In this document: positions 62,103 to 64,000 of the stretch, in pieces
Numbering within the stretch: the stretch's first letter is position 1
Layout of the letters: each line of letters begins with the position of its first letter
From: an uncultured bacterium
Lineage (GTDB): Bacteria > Planctomycetota > JAJSAM01 > JAJVHW01
Reading direction: 5' to 3'
Assembly: GCA_937996235.1 (NCBI GenBank)
Contig: CALKVK010000011.1
Coordinates: forward strand, 49,767-113,766
DNA length: 64,000 nt
The notes under the pieces: generated by a model
The model's database searches: none
What the model was told of the DNA's origin: nothing
The model's input: only the letters and a program-made list of their open reading frames with translations
Translations under genes and position numbers: made by a program

Positions 62103-63041
62103 TCACCCGCCGGCGAGGGCCCGCCGCACGCCCTCCGCGAGGAGCGGGGTCACGTCGATGGCGTTCGTGGCGTGGGGCACCGTCGCCGTCGTGACGACCC
62201 GCCCGACCCCGGCCGCGGCGAGCGCGTCCAGCGCGTCGCCGACGAAGAGCGCGTGGACCGCCGCGCACACGGGCGGGGCGAGTCCCGCCTCGCGCAGGAT
62301 GCGCGCGGCGGCGGCGACCGTCCGGCCGGTCGAGACGACGTCGTCCACGATGACGGGCGTCCGTCCGGCGCGGACGTGCTCCGCGAGGTCGGGCGCGCGC
62401 ACGTCCACCTCGCGGTCGCCGTGCCGCACCTTCTCGAAGACGACGCTCGGCAGCTCGCCCCCGGCCGCCGCCGCGACCCACTGCGCGCTCTCGGCGTCCG
62501 GACCGACGAGGAGCGGCCGCGCGACGTTCTCCCGCACCCACGCCCCGAGCAGCGGGGCGGCCGAGAGCCGCGCGCACGCGACGTCGTAGACGTCCTCGAG
62601 CGCGGCGTGCCGGTGCAGGTGCGGGTCGACCGTCACGAGCGCGTCCACCGCGCCCGAGAGGAGGGCGCCCACGTAGCGCGACGTCACGCCCTCGCCGTCG
62701 CGGAAGCGGTCGTCCTGCCGCATGTAGCCGAGGTACGGCGCGACGAGCACGACGCGCGCGGCCCCGAGGTCGCGCGCGGTCGCCGCCGCGAGGAGCAGCG
62801 GCACCAGCCGCTCGTCCGCCCGCTCGAGCCCGCAGACGAGCACCACGTCGCGCGCCGCGGCGGGCGTGTCGAGGCGCACGTACGTCTCGCCGTCGGGGAA
62901 GCGGCGGATCTCGCGCACGGCCTCGTCGGCGCCGAGCGCCCGGGCGAGTGCGGCCGCGCGCCGCTCCTCGCCGGGCAGCGGCAGGATCAAGGCGCGGGTC
63001 ACGAGCGCCCCCGAGCGGAATCGCGACGACGTCGGCGGCAC
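62103..63041 (-). CDS. Ribose-phosphate pyrophosphokinase family (PRPP synthetase-like) protein
   Basis: PRPP-binding loop VIVDDVVSTGRTV and an overall Prs-like pattern. Exact start uncertain. Confidence 0.65.
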   Translation of the reverse strand: MPPTSSRFRSGALVTRALILPLPGEERRAAALARALGADEAVREIRRFPDGETYVRLDTPAAARDVVLVCGLERADERLVPLLLAAATARDLGAARVVLVAPYLGYMRQDDRFRDGEGVTSRYVGALLSGAVDALVTVDPHLHRHAALEDVYDVACARLSAAPLLGAWVRENVARPLLVGPDAESAQWVAAAAGGELPSVVFEKVRHGDREVDVRAPDLAEHVRAGRTPVIVDDVVSTGRTVAAAARILREAGLAPPVCAAVHALFVGDALDALAAAGVGRVVTTATVPHATNAIDVTPLLAEGVRRALAGG

Positions 63042-63101
63042 GCGAAGGAGGACGGCACGCTGGACTGCATCGGCACAGGATGCAGACGCGCCGCCCGAGA
63101 G

Positions 63102-63455
63102 TCACGCTGCCGTGGGCCCGGGGGCCAGCGCGCCCGAGCCGGGATCGCCCGCGACATCGCGCAACCACGTCCATGCGGCAACCGTTCGCGGGAGCCCGAG
63201 CGTGCTGGCCGCGAGCGCGATCACCTGCTCGAGCTCGCGCACATCGACGTCCGCAGCGAGTGCCTTGCGCGCCGCGGAGTGCACGGCCCCCTCCAGACCG
63301 GCGCCGACCGCGAGCGCGAACTTCAGCAGAGAGACATCGCGTCCGCGGAGCGGGCCGCACGCGCGCGCCGTGGTGCCGAGCGCCTCCCACGCCTGCGCGA
63401 GTCCGGGGAACCGGGTGCAGAACTCGTCGTATGTGCGTGGCGGGGACGTGTCCAT
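63102..63455 (-). CDS. Carboxymuconolactone decarboxylase / AhpD-like family protein (117 aa)
   Basis: ATG at complement 63453-63455 preceded by GGAGG. Sequence resembles CMD-family proteins. Confidence 0.55.
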   Translation of the reverse strand: MDTSPPRTYDEFCTRFPGLAQAWEALGTTARACGPLRGRDVSLLKFALAVGAGLEGAVHSAARKALAADVDVRELEQVIALAASTLGLPRTVAAWTWLRDVAGDPGSGALAPGPTAA

Positions 63456-63487
63456 GCGTACCTCCAGGTGCCAAGTCCAACGGGTGT

Positions 63488-64000
63488 TCAGCCGGACGAG
63501 TGCGCGGCGGGCGCGCGCGGCCCTGCCGAGGCGGCGGCGTGGGGGACCGCCGCGGTCGCGAGCGCGCGCGTCGTGACGAGCGCGAACGCGCAGGCTGCGC
63601 CCACGACGGGGAGCACGCTCCACGCTGCGCGAGCGGGGCTCGCGCCGAGGAGCGGCGGCCCGATGGCGACGAACACGTCGATCACACGGGCGGCGAGTAC
63701 GACGCACGCGATGCGCACGAGTGCGGACCGGCTGCGCCGCACCGAGCGCATGAGCAGCGCGGCGAAGGGCAGAGCGCAGCCCGCGGCGAGCGAGACCTTC
63801 GTCAAGAGTCCCCAGTCGCCGCGCAGGCGCGCCGCGAACCACGGCGTCTCCTCGGGCATGTCCGTGTACCAGACCAGAAGGTACTGCGAGTACCAGACGT
63901 AGCCCCAGAACAGGCCGAACGCCAGGAGCAGCGCGCCTGCGTCGCCCCATTGCGCTTCGGTCACGCGCACGAGTTCTCGCCGCTCCGCCCACGCGGCCAG
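63488..64000 (-). CDS. Integral membrane protein, 5' end beyond the window
   Basis: Minus-strand ORF with several hydrophobic helices (GALLLAFGLFWGYVWYSQYLLVWY...). The reading frame stays open to the window edge. Confidence 0.35.
   Translation of the reverse strand: MAAWAERRELVRVTEAQWGDAGALLLAFGLFWGYVWYSQYLLVWYTDMPEETPWFAARLRGDWGLLTKVSLAAGCALPFAALLMRSVRRSRSALVRIACVVLAARVIDVFVAIGPPLLGASPARAAWSVLPVVGAACAFALVTTRALATAAVPHAAASAGPRAPAAHSSG

Overview
This is a very GC-rich bacterial chromosomal segment, visibly above 70% GC with strong G/C third-codon bias. I could not compute exact GC values and cannot assign a taxon, though the gene content (many ECF sigma factors, HEAT-repeat, CarbopepD_reg-like and PadR proteins) resembles Myxococcota, Acidobacteriota or Gemmatimonadota genomes. 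Most long ORFs in the six-frame track are antisense or alternative-frame artefacts typical of high-GC DNA. About 65 genes look real.

Features I can support:
- A partial Ser/Thr kinase N-terminus at the left edge.
- An operon of YHS lipoprotein, ECF sigma, ZAS-type anti-sigma, cytochrome P460 and a membrane c-type cytochrome.
- A VapBC toxin-antitoxin pair.
- A tRNA with a CAU anticodon, followed by a lower-GC DNA-modification/restriction island: two paralogous winged-helix-HNH endonucleases, a C5 cytosine methyltransferase, Vsr, a Z1-domain ATPase and a putative PD-(D/E)xK protein.
- Three paralogous ECF sigma factors, each fused in frame to a TM helix and a 500-1000 aa CarbopepD_reg-like extracytoplasmic region.
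- Two PadR plus HAAS/DUF1700-like membrane-protein modules, one of which carries an S24/S26 peptidase domain.
- Paralogous secreted HEAT-repeat proteins and a HEAT-vWA protein.
- A flotillin (SPFH) gene.
- A PerR-rubrerythrin-FeS oxidoreductase-DUF3501 oxidative-stress operon.
- An RCK-gated K+ channel with an atypical selectivity filter.
- A complete Thauera/Rhodopseudomonas-type anaerobic benzoyl-CoA degradation cluster (had-oah-dch-bcrCBAD), preceded by hemerythrin and a non-canonical radical-SAM-like gene.

Non-coding features include a 46-bp tandem repeat with an embedded perfect palindrome, a ~47-nt conserved intergenic element present twice, and AT-containing palindromic operator candidates next to both padR genes.

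The most novel candidate is the sigma-TM-sensor fusion family and its possible protease partner.
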